Shown piece after piece: positions 29,897 through 41,745 of a stretch of 64,000 bases of DNA. Origin of the DNA: Burkholderiales bacterium (GTDB lineage Bacteria > Pseudomonadota > Gammaproteobacteria > Burkholderiales > Usitatibacteraceae); assembly GCA_025360815.1 (NCBI GenBank), contig JANYBL010000057.1, positions 141 to 64,140 on the forward strand. The letters run 5' to 3'. The translations under genes and the position numbers were made by a program. How positions within the stretch are numbered: the stretch's first letter is position 1; each line of letters begins with the position of its first letter. Below the pieces are notes generated by a model. That model had not been told where the DNA came from and ran no database searches. It saw only the letters and a list, made by a program, of their open reading frames with translations.

Positions 29897-30808
29897 TCAA
29901 TCAGAGCTTCCCTGGATTAATACTCGTACATATTCCGGCAATGCCTGCATCGCCCGATGCATCTCGCCGTTATAAAACTGCCGGTGTTGAATGTTGCGCT
30001 GTGTAATTCTGCTGTTCACTTCAGCCGCGCTAATGTTGGCAATGTCGAGCGAATCCGATGCCACCGCGAAGCCCCAAACGCAACCATATGCCGGAATATG
30101 TACGAAATAAGGCGTGACGATTTTAAACACGCGGCGCAGATTTTCAATGCTCTTTTTCAATCTGGGCGCATGCGAAAATGGGGAGCCGATATGCAGCGTG
30201 AGTGCGCCGCCTGTTTGCAGGATTCGTTTGCAATCCGCATAGAACGCCTCGGTATAGAGCGCTTCCGCATCGCCGGTGGGATCGGTGAGATCAAGGTAAA
30301 TCAGATCGAACAGTTCGGCCCCGTCATCCGTGCCACAACGCTGCACATATTTGTGGCCGTTGGCGATGTGAACCGAAAGCCTTGGATCGGAAAACACATC
30401 ATGATGCACGCTTTGAAAATGTTCCTTGGCGACCGCAATCACCGCCTGGTCCAACTCACATAAAATCACCGATTTGATTGATGGGTGCTTCAACAATTCC
30501 TCGGCCGAGCCGCCGTCACCGCCGCCAATAATAAGTGCCTTTGTCGGGTTCGCATGCGCGATGGCGGCGGGGTGGATGACGTTTTCATGATAAAAAAATT
30601 CGTCGCGCTCGGACAGCATGTTGCAGCCGTCAAGCCGCATCAGCATGCCTAACGCGGGTGTCGCAAAAACTTCGATCAATTGGAAAGGCGATTGCACGGA
30701 TTGAATCTGGGCAACTGCCTCAAAATGCGCGCCACTGCTGGAGGTTAGCGGCTCGTCGAGGCGAATTGGGTTGCCCGTATTAAAACGTTGAATGCCGGAA
30801 TTGTTCAA
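29897..30808 (-). CDS. speE: Spermidine-synthase-like aminopropyltransferase
   Basis: Motifs: IIGGGDGGSAEELLKH and LIYLDLTDP. The apparent start is TTG, overlapping the stop of the upstream AdoMetDC gene (TTGA). Confidence 0.75.
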   Translation of the reverse strand: MNNSGIQRFNTGNPIRLDEPLTSSSGAHFEAVAQIQSVQSPFQLIEVFATPALGMLMRLDGCNMLSERDEFFYHENVIHPAAIAHANPTKALIIGGGDGGSAEELLKHPSIKSVILCELDQAVIAVAKEHFQSVHHDVFSDPRLSVHIANGHKYVQRCGTDDGAELFDLIYLDLTDPTGDAEALYTEAFYADCKRILQTGGALTLHIGSPFSHAPRLKKSIENLRRVFKIVTPYFVHIPAYGCVWGFAVASDSLDIANISAAEVNSRITQRNIQHRQFYNGEMHRAMQALPEYVRVLIQGSSD

Positions 30809-31200
30809 AGCGCTGCCGCCAGCGGCAATGCGTTGCCGCGCAGCACGCGTTGCATCATCACATCGCCCGGCTTTAAGGCGGCGAGCAGTTCGGCGTACAA
30901 ACGCTCAGCTTTGCGGGTGTTGTCCGCCGTGACATTACAGACATAAATATCTAGCGTTGCCTCGCCACGTTCCGGCCAAGTGTGAATTGCCAAATGCGAT
31001 TCGGCCAGCACCACTGCGCCAGTTGCGCCGCCGACTTGAAGCGCATCGATCCCCGCGAACTGATAAAAGTGCTCGCCCAATACGGTCAGTTCGGCAGCTT
31101 CGCAGGCCAAAACGCACCGCTTGGCGAGCGCTTTGGCAGAAATGAGCAGGCGATTTTCGGGCAGGTTATAAAGGTCAGCGATGATGTGTAGGCCATTCAT
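30805..31200 (-). CDS. speH: Pyruvoyl-dependent S-adenosylmethionine decarboxylase proenzyme (small SpeH/SpeD type)
   Basis: 131 aa with the self-processing signature VLAESHLAIHTWPE. Confidence 0.8.
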   Translation of the reverse strand: MNGLHIIADLYNLPENRLLISAKALAKRCVLACEAAELTVLGEHFYQFAGIDALQVGGATGAVVLAESHLAIHTWPERGEATLDIYVCNVTADNTRKAERLYAELLAALKPGDVMMQRVLRGNALPLAAAL

Positions 31201-31384
31201 GGCGTTCCTTTTGGGTTGAAAAAGCGTTCTGACAACGCATCCGCGCTCTTTTGCTGGCCGACTTTGTGTGTTTTTGCATCCTCAGGCATCATTCAAATTA
31301 TAATCTCCATTGCTGCAAATTCCCCTTGCTGCACTGACCGCAGCCACGGCATTCCGCACTAATTTTTATTTCAAGAAAATCCAA

Positions 31385-33379
31385 ATGATGACCACCCCCA
31401 CCCGTTCCGACATCACCAACGCCATTCGCGCCCTCGGCATGGATGCCGTGCAAAAAGCCAACTCCGGCCATCCCGGTGCGCCGATGGGCATGGCGGAGAT
31501 GGCTGAAGTGTTGTGGCGGCATCATCTAAAGCACAACCCGACAAACCCGCATTGGGTGGATCGCGATCGGTTCGTGCTTTCAAACGGACACGCCTCAATG
31601 CTGATATATGCGTTATTACACCTGACCGGTTATGACGTGTCGATGGACGACATTAAAGCCTTCCGCCAGCTCCATTCCAAAACGCCCGGCCATCCCGAAG
31701 TGGGCATCACGCCTGGTGTTGAGACGACGACCGGGCCGCTGGGGCAGGGCTTGGCGAATGCGGTGGGAATGGCGATTGCTGAGCGCGAAATGGCGCGCAC
31801 CTTCAATCGCGATGGTCACAATATTGTTGACCACCATACCTATGTGTTCATGGGCGATGGCTGCTTGATGGAAGGTATTTCGCATGAAGTTTGCTCGCTC
31901 GCGGGCACGTTGGGGTTGGGCAAGCTGATCGGCTTTTACGACGACAATGGCATCTCCATTGACGGCAAGGTTGACGGCTGGTTCCGCGACAATACGCCGC
32001 AACGCTTCGAAGCTTACGGCTGGCATGTGATCCCGAATGTGGCGGGCCATGATTCGGCTGCAGTCGATGCGGCGGTAGTGGCCGCCAAAAAAATCACCGA
32101 TAGGCCTACCCTCATTTGTTGCAAAACCGTCATCGGCAAAGGCTCGCCGAATATGGGCGGCACGGATAAGGTTCACGGCTCGCCGCTGGGCGATAAGGAA
32201 ATCGCCGCCGTGCGTGAAACCATCGGCTGGAAATACCCGCCGTTTGAAATTCCGCAAGACATCTACGATGCATGGGATGCCAAACACAAAGGCCAGGCAG
32301 TCGAGGCACAGTGGAACGGCGCGTTTGCTGCTTATAGCGCTGCTTATCCAGAATTAGCTGCTGAATTCAAACGCCGTATGGCTGGTGATTTGCCGGCAAA
32401 TTTCGCGGCCATCGCCCTTGCCCTGCTCGATAAATCGAATGAAAAGGCTGAAACCGTCGCCACCCGCAAAGCGTCGCAATTCGCCATCGAAGCCTTCGCG
32501 CAGCAGATGCCCGAACTACTTGGCGGCTCGGCAGATTTAACCGGCTCCGTCTTCACCAACTGGAGCGGCACCAAAGCCTTGTCAGCAGCCAGTGGCGGCA
32601 ATTATATTAACTACGGTGTGCGTGAATTCGGCATGACCGCGATCGCCAGCGGTATGGCGCTGCACGGCGGTTTCATTCCTTACCACGGCACATTCCTAAC
32701 CTTCAGCGACTATTCACGCAATGCGCTACGCATGGCCGCGCTCATGAAGCTGCGCAATATTGCTGTTTTTACGCACGATTCGATCGGCCTCGGCGAAGAC
32801 GGCCCAACGCACCAATCCGTCGAACACGTTGCCTCACTCCGTTTAATTCCCAACATGGATCTCTGGCGTCCGTGCGACACCGTAGAAGCAGCTGCGGCGT
32901 GGCAACATGCGATCGCCCGCAAGGATGGCCCAACTTGCCTAATTTACTCCCGCCAAATCAGCCCCTTTCAAAAACGCGATGCCGCGACCATTGCGAATAT
33001 CGCCAAGGGTGGTTATGTGTTGAGCAAAGAGGCAGGTGAATTGAAGGCGGTGATTATCGCCACCGGTACCGAAGTCGCATTGGCAACCGAAGCGCAAAAA
33101 ACATTAGCAGCCCAAGGCATTCACGTGCGCGTCGTCTCGATGCCATCGACCTTTGTTTTCGACAAGCAAGATGCCGCCTATAAAACGACCGTATTGCCAC
33201 AGTCCGCGCCCCGCTTGGCGATCGAGGCAGGCATCACCGATTATTGGCGGAAATATGTAGGCTTGGATGGTGTCGTGATTGGCATTGATACCTTCGGCGA
33301 ATCTGCCCCAGCGCCGGTTTTATATGAGCATTTTGGGATGACGGTCGAGGCTTTGGTGGGGGCGGTAAAAGCGCTTTGA
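31385..33379 (+). CDS. tkt: Transketolase
   Basis: From Met at 31385 the protein reads [38 protein letters not shown]. Also present: [12 protein letters not shown] and GEDGPTHQ. Confidence 0.95.
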   Translation: MMTTPTRSDITNAIRALGMDAVQKANSGHPGAPMGMAEMAEVLWRHHLKHNPTNPHWVDRDRFVLSNGHASMLIYALLHLTGYDVSMDDIKAFRQLHSKTPGHPEVGITPGVETTTGPLGQGLANAVGMAIAEREMARTFNRDGHNIVDHHTYVFMGDGCLMEGISHEVCSLAGTLGLGKLIGFYDDNGISIDGKVDGWFRDNTPQRFEAYGWHVIPNVAGHDSAAVDAAVVAAKKITDRPTLICCKTVIGKGSPNMGGTDKVHGSPLGDKEIAAVRETIGWKYPPFEIPQDIYDAWDAKHKGQAVEAQWNGAFAAYSAAYPELAAEFKRRMAGDLPANFAAIALALLDKSNEKAETVATRKASQFAIEAFAQQMPELLGGSADLTGSVFTNWSGTKALSAASGGNYINYGVREFGMTAIASGMALHGGFIPYHGTFLTFSDYSRNALRMAALMKLRNIAVFTHDSIGLGEDGPTHQSVEHVASLRLIPNMDLWRPCDTVEAAAAWQHAIARKDGPTCLIYSRQISPFQKRDAATIANIAKGGYVLSKEAGELKAVIIATGTEVALATEAQKTLAAQGIHVRVVSMPSTFVFDKQDAAYKTTVLPQSAPRLAIEAGITDYWRKYVGLDGVVIGIDTFGESAPAPVLYEHFGMTVEALVGAVKAL

Positions 33380-33408
33380 TGACCCAGACAAGCCACTTCT
33401 TGAAACGG

Positions 33409-33460
33409 CTTAGGGAGCGCTTAAGGGAGCACTTAAGGAACGACTTAGGGAACGGCTTTA
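33409..33460. repeat. Imperfect ~12-bp tandem repeat (about 4.5 units, core CTTAGGGA) just after the tkt stop
   Basis: The units read ggcttagggagc / gcttaagggagc / acttaaggaac / gacttagggaac / ggctttagcc. Confidence 0.6.
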
Positions 33461-33945
33461 GCCCCGCACCAGCCCTTCGTCAAAGCCTTTTTGGCAGCGG
33501 CTGAATGCAAAGATTGGCGCGCTATTGAATTTTCGCGCGGACTACTCGACATTTCACATTTTGCTCTCAAGACGGTTGCGTGGCGGCGCGAAGCTAGGCT
33601 GGGTGCTGATCAATCTGGTGTTTCCAATTTTTGGTTGGGGCGTGTTCTTAGTGATGACGCAGTCTGCAAAAGACCGCTTCACACAAACGCGTAACGTTGA
33701 GCAATACCTACGTACTTAATATTTATGACGCGCCGTACCAAGACTTCCTACCAGCGATATTTCACGTGCGTTAGCGGCGGACGATAAATATCGCGTATGG
33801 CTTGATGCCACTAAATTTGCCAGCATATTGCCGCTGTGCTGTCGGGGCTTAGCTTTAATATATTTTTTCAAACGCCCCGCCCAGCGTGCCTTTCGGGACA
33901 GAATGCCTTCAAGAGTCCCGCCGACGCTGGTGTTTGTAGCCTAGG

Positions 33946-34536
33946 TTATAACGAACCTTTAGTCGATGGCAGAATGCCCTCGGCGCGCGGATCTGCCGCG
34001 CAAGCCATGCGCAAGGCGCGGCCAAAGGCTTTGAAGATGGTCTCGGCTTGGTGGTGGGCGTTCACGCCGCGAATGTTGTCGATATGCACGGTGGCTAACG
34101 CATGGTTCACAAAGCCTTGAAAAAACTCGATAAATAAATCGACGTCAAAATCGCCCACTCTGGCGCGCGTAAAGTTCACGTGATAACTCAAGCCGGGGCG
34201 GCCGGAGAGATCAATCACGACCCGTGACATTGCCTCATCGAGCGGTATATAGGCGTGGCCGTATCGGACAATGCCCATCTTGTCGCCGAGCGCTTTGGTG
34301 AACGCCTGGCCAAGCGTAATGCCGACATCTTCAACCGTGTGGTGTGCATCAATATGCAAATCTCCCGTCGCTTTGAGTTCAATATCGATCATGCCGTGGC
34401 GCGCAATTTGATCAATCATATGATCCAAAAACGGGATGCCACAATCGAGCTTGGCGATGCCTTTGCCATCAAGATTGATGGCGCAATAGATTTGGGTTTC
34501 TTTGGTGTTGCGGGTGATGTTGGCGGTTCTGTTCAT
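33946..34536 (-). CDS. hisB: Imidazoleglycerol-phosphate dehydratase
   Basis: 196 aa with [19 protein letters not shown] and NAHHQAE motifs. Confidence 0.95.
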   Translation of the reverse strand: MNRTANITRNTKETQIYCAINLDGKGIAKLDCGIPFLDHMIDQIARHGMIDIELKATGDLHIDAHHTVEDVGITLGQAFTKALGDKMGIVRYGHAYIPLDEAMSRVVIDLSGRPGLSYHVNFTRARVGDFDVDLFIEFFQGFVNHALATVHIDNIRGVNAHHQAETIFKAFGRALRMACAADPRAEGILPSTKGSL

Positions 34537-34571
34537 GGTATTTGGCGATGGCTATTTGTTATGGATTTTCG

Positions 34572-35684
34572 CTATGGATTTTCATTTAAAGCGGCGATCA
34601 TGGCATCGTTTTCGGTCGGCGTACCGACTGTCAAACGTAAGGTGTTCGCAAGCAAGGGATGCGATTGACTGGTGTTCTTCACCAGTATTTTACGCGAGCG
34701 CAGCTTGGCGAACATTTTATCGGCTTCAGTGTTGACGCTAGTATCGCCGGTTACTCGAATCAGGATGAAATTAGCTTCCGAGGGAAAGGTTTCGATGCCA
34801 GAAATATTTGCCAGTGCGATTGCCAAGCGGATCCGCTCGTGCTTGATGACGTCGCATTGTTTCAGCAATTCGCCATATTGTTCCATCGCAAAGGCGGCGG
34901 CGGCTTGCGTCAAGGCGTTGATGTTGTAGGGCAGGCGCAGCTTATCGAATTCTTGCAGCCAGGCTTGTCGGCCAACCAGCATCCCGAGCCGCAAACCGGC
35001 CAGACCGAGTTTGGACACCGTGCGCATCAGGACAACGTTTTCGTGTTCAGTAATGTTGTGCAAATACGATTCATGCGCATGGGTAGTAAACGGGAAATAG
35101 GCTTCGTCGATTACCACTAGGCCACCGTTTTTTTCCGCTGTTGAGATGATGCGTGCAATCGATTTACGATCAAAACAGTTGCCGGTCGGGTTGTTGGGAT
35201 TCGCAATAAATATCACTGCTGGCTGTTCACGTGCAATAGCGGCCACCATTGCCTCCGCATCGAGCGAAAAATCAGCCTTTAACGACACACCGATGTAGTG
35301 CAGCCCGCAAAAAGTAGCGATCATTTTAAACATCACAAACGCGGGTTCAACTGACAACAATGCGGCACCGGGTTTGGCAACCGCCATCGCAATCAGCTGA
35401 ATAATTTCATCCGAGCCATTGCCGAGCATGATGTCCAGTTCGGCAGGGATCTGCATCGCGTAGCGAATGGACGCTTTGAGTTCTGGCGCATCAGCTGCCG
35501 GATAGCGATTGAGCGATACCGTAGAAAGCCGCTCCAGGAGCCGAGCTTGGAGCAACTCTGGCAGCGATTGTGGAAACGCATAGGGGTTTTCCATCGCATC
35601 GAGTTTGATGAACCCTGCCGCTGGCTGCACATGATAGGAAGATAGCGCCCCGATCTCTGGCCGAATAATATCGGTTGGCTTCAT
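34572..35684 (-). CDS. hisC: Histidinol-phosphate aminotransferase
   Basis: Class-II aminotransferase with the PLP lysine context RTVSKLGLAGLRLG. The start at MKPTDIIRPE (35684) abuts the hisD stop. Confidence 0.9.
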   Translation of the reverse strand: MKPTDIIRPEIGALSSYHVQPAAGFIKLDAMENPYAFPQSLPELLQARLLERLSTVSLNRYPAADAPELKASIRYAMQIPAELDIMLGNGSDEIIQLIAMAVAKPGAALLSVEPAFVMFKMIATFCGLHYIGVSLKADFSLDAEAMVAAIAREQPAVIFIANPNNPTGNCFDRKSIARIISTAEKNGGLVVIDEAYFPFTTHAHESYLHNITEHENVVLMRTVSKLGLAGLRLGMLVGRQAWLQEFDKLRLPYNINALTQAAAAFAMEQYGELLKQCDVIKHERIRLAIALANISGIETFPSEANFILIRVTGDTSVNTEADKMFAKLRSRKILVKNTSQSHPLLANTLRLTVGTPTENDAMIAALNENP

Positions 35685-35685
35685 G

Positions 35686-36981
35686 TTAGCTTTTGAGCCG
35701 CATATCGGCCGACTGCGCATGAGCCTCTAAGCCTTCCGCACGCGCGAGCGTTGCAGCGACTTTGCCGAGTGTTTCAGCGCCCTTTGGTGAGACGTGAATG
35801 ATCGACGAACGTTTTTGAAAATCGTACACGCCAAGCGGTGAAGAGAAGCGCGAAGTGCGCGAGGTTGGCAACACGTGGTTTGGCCCTGCGCAATAATCGC
35901 CCAGTGATTCAGACGAGAAAATGCCCATGAAAATCGCGCCGGCGTGGCGAATTTTTGGCAGCAACGCTTCTGGATTTTCGACCGATAATTCCAAATGTTC
36001 AGGCGCGATACGATTCGATATTTCGCAGGCCTCCGCCAAATCGCGCACGTGAATGAGTGCGCCACGATTGGCGAGCGAAGCGCGAATAATCGTCGCGCGC
36101 GGCATCGTTGCGAGCAATCTTTCCATGCTGGCTTCAACGTCGGCGATGTAATCGGCATTGGGACAAAGCAAAATTGCCTGCGCGATTTCATCGTGCTCCG
36201 CCTGCGAGAATAGATCCATCGCCACCCAGTCGGGGTTGGTTTTGCCGTCGGCGATCACCAAAATTTCAGATGGGCCTGCGACCATATCAATACCGACTTG
36301 GCCGAACACAAACCGCTTTGCGGCGGCAACATAGGCGTTCCCGGGGCCGACGATTTTATCGACTGCCGGGATGGTGGCCGTCCCAAATGCCAACGCACCA
36401 ACAGCCTGTGCACCACCGATGCGAAACACACGATCGACACCGGCCAATTCCGCGGCGGCGAGCACGGTATCGTTCACTATACCGTCGGGCGTTGGCGTGA
36501 CCATAATGAGTTCAGCCACACCGGCAACCTTCGCGGCCATTGCGTTCATGAGCACTGAGGATGGATACGCCGCCTTGCCGCCGGGTACATAAAGCCCCGC
36601 TCGATCAATCGCGGTAATTTGTTGGCCGAGCACAGTGCCATCCGCTTCCGTGTATTGCCAAGAAGGGTGCAGCTGACGCTCGTGGTAGAGGCGTATACGC
36701 GTCGCTGCTGTTTCCAGTGCGGCGCGAATTGGCTGGGAAAGACCGCCCAGCGCGGACTTTAGGGTGCGCTGATCGATTTCTAAGGCGCCTGCCGAGGTCG
36801 GTGTCCAGCGATCAAAACGCATTGTGTAATCGAGTATCGCCGTGTCGCCGTGCGATTTTACATTCGCCAAAATGTCGCGAGCGGTCGCTTCAATTTTTGG
36901 ATCTTGCGCAGCCTCAAAGGCGAGCAACTTGGCGAGATCAGAATCGAAGGTGGCGCTGTTGGAATGGAGTTTTTTTATCAT
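35686..36981 (-). CDS. hisD: Histidinol dehydrogenase
   Basis: Motifs: [21 protein letters not shown] and [13 protein letters not shown]. The likely start is MIKKLHS at 36981. Confidence 0.95.
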   Translation of the reverse strand: MIKKLHSNSATFDSDLAKLLAFEAAQDPKIEATARDILANVKSHGDTAILDYTMRFDRWTPTSAGALEIDQRTLKSALGGLSQPIRAALETAATRIRLYHERQLHPSWQYTEADGTVLGQQITAIDRAGLYVPGGKAAYPSSVLMNAMAAKVAGVAELIMVTPTPDGIVNDTVLAAAELAGVDRVFRIGGAQAVGALAFGTATIPAVDKIVGPGNAYVAAAKRFVFGQVGIDMVAGPSEILVIADGKTNPDWVAMDLFSQAEHDEIAQAILLCPNADYIADVEASMERLLATMPRATIIRASLANRGALIHVRDLAEACEISNRIAPEHLELSVENPEALLPKIRHAGAIFMGIFSSESLGDYCAGPNHVLPTSRTSRFSSPLGVYDFQKRSSIIHVSPKGAETLGKVAATLARAEGLEAHAQSADMRLKS

Positions 36982-37151
36982 ATTGATATCGGGATGGGCA
37001 TGGGCATAGGCATAGTAAGGCGCCTCGCTGTGGGCGGTGAAACGCTTCAATATTGGATACTGAGAAAATGTGAAGTAAGGTTAACGTAAACGTAAAGACT
37101 CTAGCGCACCTTTTTTAGTTCAGCACGCGCGGCGCGTAACCAGCGCGCGAC

Positions 37152-37799
37152 TTATTTCACGGCATTGGCAAATGCATCCATCATCGGCTGCAGCTCTGCG
37201 CTTTTCAATTTCAATGCTGCACGGTTCACGATCAACCGGCTCGAAATCGGCATGATTTCCTCGACAGCAATGAGCTTATTTGCTTTTAGTGTGTTGCCAG
37301 TTGAGACCACATCGACAATGGCATCAGCCAAGCCAGTTAAAGGTGCCAATTCCATCGAGCCATAAAGCTTAATCAAGTTAACGTGCATTGCCTTTTTGGC
37401 AAAATGCTCACGCGCAATTTGCACGTATTTGGTCGCGACATTTAACCGGGCGCCGCGTTTCACGGCGCCCGCGTAATCGTAACCATCCCGCACGGCAACC
37501 ATCATCCGGCATTTGCCAATTCGCAAATCAAGCGGCTGATATAACCCCATGCAATCAGATTCGAGCAATACATCCTTGCCGGCTACGCCAAAATCCGCCG
37601 CGCCGTACTGCACGTAGGTGGGGACGTCAGATGCCCTGACGATGATGAGCTTTACGTCAACACGAGTGGTATCAAGAATGAGTTTGCGTGATTTTTCAGG
37701 GTCATCAAGCGGCGTGATGCCGGCCGCATGTAGCAGCGGCAAGGTGTCATCAAAAATACGACCTTTGGATAAAGCAATTGTGATCATTTTACTTTTCAA
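37152..37799 (-). CDS. hisG: ATP phosphoribosyltransferase, short form
   Basis: 215 aa with [10 protein letters not shown] and [12 protein letters not shown]. It starts 3 nt after the murA stop. Confidence 0.9.
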   Translation of the reverse strand: MKSKMITIALSKGRIFDDTLPLLHAAGITPLDDPEKSRKLILDTTRVDVKLIIVRASDVPTYVQYGAADFGVAGKDVLLESDCMGLYQPLDLRIGKCRMMVAVRDGYDYAGAVKRGARLNVATKYVQIAREHFAKKAMHVNLIKLYGSMELAPLTGLADAIVDVVSTGNTLKANKLIAVEEIMPISSRLIVNRAALKLKSAELQPMMDAFANAVK

Positions 37800-37802
37800 T
37801 TT

Positions 37803-39071
<1,269 letters not shown>

Positions 39072-39133
39072 TTACCTTAATGAGCCCGAAATGAGCCTAA
39101 ATGAAACTAAGCGAATCTAAAATGAAGCGGGAA

Positions 39134-39376
39134 TTATTTTGTCGCAGCTTGCCATTCTGCGGGCGCCAGGGTTTGCATCGATAGCGCGTGAATTTCCTCG
39201 CGCATACGATCGCCTAAGGCCCCATAGACGATTTGGTGTCGTGCGACGCGGGTTTTGCCTTCGAACGCCGCGCATACGATCACGGCTTGGAAATGCGCGC
39301 CATCGCCTTCAACGGCAAGATGGTGGCAATCGAGTTTGGCGCGAAGGTAGCCTTCAATTTGTTCTGGTGTAACCAC
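39134..39376 (-). CDS. ibaG: BolA-family protein (IbaG/YrbA-like)
   Basis: VEGDGAHFQAVIVCAAFEGKTRVARHQIVYGAL...IHALSMQTLAPAEW matches BolA/IbaG. A GTG start at 39376 gives about 80 aa. The track start at 39457 adds an atypical basic extension. Confidence 0.75.
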   Translation of the reverse strand: MVTPEQIEGYLRAKLDCHHLAVEGDGAHFQAVIVCAAFEGKTRVARHQIVYGALGDRMREEIHALSMQTLAPAEWQAATK

Positions 39377-39584
39377 GGTGTACTTTCTTTTCCGAGCGAC
39401 GCCTGCATCGCTGCGTTTAAATGACTTGTAAATGATTGATTGTTGATGTTTGAGCATCGAATCGTTCGGCTATGCTAGCGATTTTATGGTTTTTAACCCG
39501 ACAAAAGTACGTTTGTACTTTTGTCGGCGACCCTTAAACGCCGATCATTTAAGGTGCTTAATTTACTGTCGCTTTACTGTCTCT

Positions 39585-40340
39585 TTACTGTCTAAGTTTG
39601 TAACCTGATTTTAACAGGTGCAAGGTGGCAACCGAAAGGCAAAAAAATGCGCCCGCTGTGACAGCCAATGACAACCATACCGAAACATCGGATTTGCCGA
39701 AAAATCCATAGCGGAAACCGTCAATCATGTAGAAAAACGGATTCAGATGCGATAGGTTTTGCCAAAAAGTCGGCAGCGAGTGGATGGAGTAAAACACGCC
39801 GGATAAAAACGTCAGCGGCATAATGATGAAATTTTGAAACGCGGCGATTTGGTCAAATTTGTCCGCCCACAGTCCCGCAATAATGCCGAGGGCTGCCATC
39901 ATCGCACTGCCGAACAACGCGAACACCAAGATCCACGCCATGTTGTGAATCGGGATATGCGCCAAGAAAACACCGACGAGAAACACGCCCGCACCGACCG
40001 CCAGGCCACGTACCAAGGCGGCTAACACATAAGCGCCATAATAGTTCCAGGGCGTTAAAGGCGGCAGCAAAATGAATAAAATATTGCCGGTAATTTTTGA
40101 CTGGATCAGTGATGAGGATGAATTGGCGAAGGCATTTTGCAACATCGTCATCATCGCCAAACCCGGAATGAGAAATTGTTCATAGCTCACACCTTCAAAC
40201 GCTGCATTGGAGCCGGCCATGACATGTGCAAAGATGAGGAGATACAGCATGGAAGTGAGTATCGGTGCGGCGACCGTTTGGAAAGCGACTTTCCAAAAGC
40301 GCAGTATTTCTTTTTTGAGGAGTGTTTGGAAGCCGATCAT
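39585..40340 (-). CDS. ABC-2 type transporter permease (YadH-like)
   Basis: 251 aa with six predicted TM segments. It overlaps the upstream ATPase gene by 4 nt. Confidence 0.8.
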   Translation of the reverse strand: MIGFQTLLKKEILRFWKVAFQTVAAPILTSMLYLLIFAHVMAGSNAAFEGVSYEQFLIPGLAMMTMLQNAFANSSSSLIQSKITGNILFILLPPLTPWNYYGAYVLAALVRGLAVGAGVFLVGVFLAHIPIHNMAWILVFALFGSAMMAALGIIAGLWADKFDQIAAFQNFIIMPLTFLSGVFYSIHSLPTFWQNLSHLNPFFYMIDGFRYGFFGKSDVSVWLSLAVTAGAFFCLSVATLHLLKSGYKLRQ

Positions 40341-41278
40341 GTCGCATGCCCTACCGAGGAGTCGTTCTGGTTCATGATTTTTACAAACACTTCTTCCAAT
40401 TCGGGCTCTGTCACTTCGAGATTAGTGATGACCGCACCCGCTTCGCGCAAACGGCAAAGCAACACTTCAACTTCGTTGTAATCGTGGATCGAAAAATAGT
40501 GCCAGCAATTTTCAGCCTTGCCTTCTTGTTTGATGCGCTGTGATGCCAATGGCTGAGGCAATTCGCCGGCCAATTTGACCCGTAACACCCGCTCCGAAAA
40601 TGCACTCAATAAATGATCGGTGGTGTCGAGTGCAACAATTTTACCAAGCTTCATCATGGCGATCCGCGAGCAAAGCTGTTGCGCTTCTTCTAGATAGTGG
40701 GTGGTCAGCAAAATGGTGTGGCCTTTTGTGTTCAGCTCACGAATAAAGCTCCACAAGGTTTGGCGCAATTCCACGTCGACGCCGGCCGTAGGCTCATCCA
40801 GCACAATCACCGGCGGGCGATGCACCAGCGCTTGTGCGACCAGCACGCGGCGCTTCATACCGCCGGACAGCTGGCGCATATTTTTATCAGCTTTGTCGGT
40901 AAGCGAGAGCTTGGCGAGCAACTCATCAATCCAGGAATCGAGTTGAGCGGTGCGCGCGATTCCAAAATAGCCCGCTTGAAATTGCAGGGTTTCACGCACC
41001 GAGAAGAACGGGTCAAACACGATTTCTTGCGGCACGATACCAAGCGCTTTTCGGGCTTCGCGATAATGGGAGACCACATCATGCCCCATCACCTTCAGCG
41101 TGCCCGCGCTCGGGTGCGTCAGCCCTGCAAGTGTGGAGATCAGAGTAGTTTTGCCAGCGCCATTGGGACCCAGGAGGGCGAAAAATTCACCTTCTTCGAC
41201 CTGCAAAGAAACGCCCGCCAACGCAGTGAATGAGCCGTATTTTTTTTCGACGTTGGCGACGTCGATTGCATAAACCAT
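40337..41278 (-). CDS. ABC transporter ATP-binding protein (YadG-like)
   Basis: Walker A is GPNGAGKTT, the signature is LSGGMKRR and Walker B is VIVLDEPTAGVD. Confidence 0.85.
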   Translation of the reverse strand: MVYAIDVANVEKKYGSFTALAGVSLQVEEGEFFALLGPNGAGKTTLISTLAGLTHPSAGTLKVMGHDVVSHYREARKALGIVPQEIVFDPFFSVRETLQFQAGYFGIARTAQLDSWIDELLAKLSLTDKADKNMRQLSGGMKRRVLVAQALVHRPPVIVLDEPTAGVDVELRQTLWSFIRELNTKGHTILLTTHYLEEAQQLCSRIAMMKLGKIVALDTTDHLLSAFSERVLRVKLAGELPQPLASQRIKQEGKAENCWHYFSIHDYNEVEVLLCRLREAGAVITNLEVTEPELEEVFVKIMNQNDSSVGHAT

Positions 41279-41360
41279 GGGCTACCGCTTGCGTGAATGG
41301 GTATTTAAATCTGAAAAACGTGGCTTACAAAACCAGCTTAAAACAAGAGTAACAATCCGA

Positions 41361-41702
41361 TTATGGCTCGGCCTTTTGATTGCGTTGCGCACTGAAAGGG
41401 CAATGAATTAGTTCATCGACGCCGTAGAGCTCTGCTAGTGAGCTCAGGTTGGGCGGCAAATGTACGTAGCGCAGCGCTTTACCCAGTTTAAGGGCTTCAC
41501 GGCGCCAATGCAGCAGCAGTGCTACCCCCGAAGAGTCAATTTCGGTGACATCCGAAAAATCAATCGACAGGCAATCAGGCAGATTTTGCTGCGCCGCATA
41601 GGCCGATGTCTCGCCAAGTAAGCGTGGCATGCTCGCTAAATTGAGAGCGCCAGCGAGTTTTAGGGTCTCGCCGGCGATAGTGCTGGAATGATCGTTAGGC
41701 AC
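41361..41702 (-). CDS. mlaB: STAS-domain protein (MlaB-like)
   Basis: 113-aa anti-sigma-antagonist-like fold sequence (IDFSDVTEIDSSGVALLL). It is the last gene of the mla cluster and has a GTG start. Confidence 0.7.
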   Translation of the reverse strand: MPNDHSSTIAGETLKLAGALNLASMPRLLGETSAYAAQQNLPDCLSIDFSDVTEIDSSGVALLLHWRREALKLGKALRYVHLPPNLSSLAELYGVDELIHCPFSAQRNQKAEP

Positions 41703-41745
41703 TTTTTTTACTCTGGGGAAGAATGGCTTGAATTATCGCTTTCGG

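Noticed and set aside
31616-32287. 223-aa reverse-strand ORF inside tkt. Similar long antisense ORFs occur at 45093-45620, 47570-48082, 51477-51989 and 58399-59037.
   Set aside because: Each is fully embedded opposite a gene with strong family motifs. The translations are Arg/Ala/Gly-rich with no recognisable domains, typical of antisense frames in GC-rich coding DNA.
33525-33719. 64-aa ORF with a PLDc_N-like hydrophobic segment
   Set aside because: It has a TTG start, only one TM segment and no clear RBS. I mention it as a finding but do not call it a gene.
37051-37151. GC-rich palindromic stretch (cgcgcggcgcg ... cgcgcg) between hisG and hisD, considered as an attenuator
   Set aside because: There is no leader peptide with His codons and no U-tract. 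It is probably a simple intercistronic stem or a REP-like element, and it is too weak to call.
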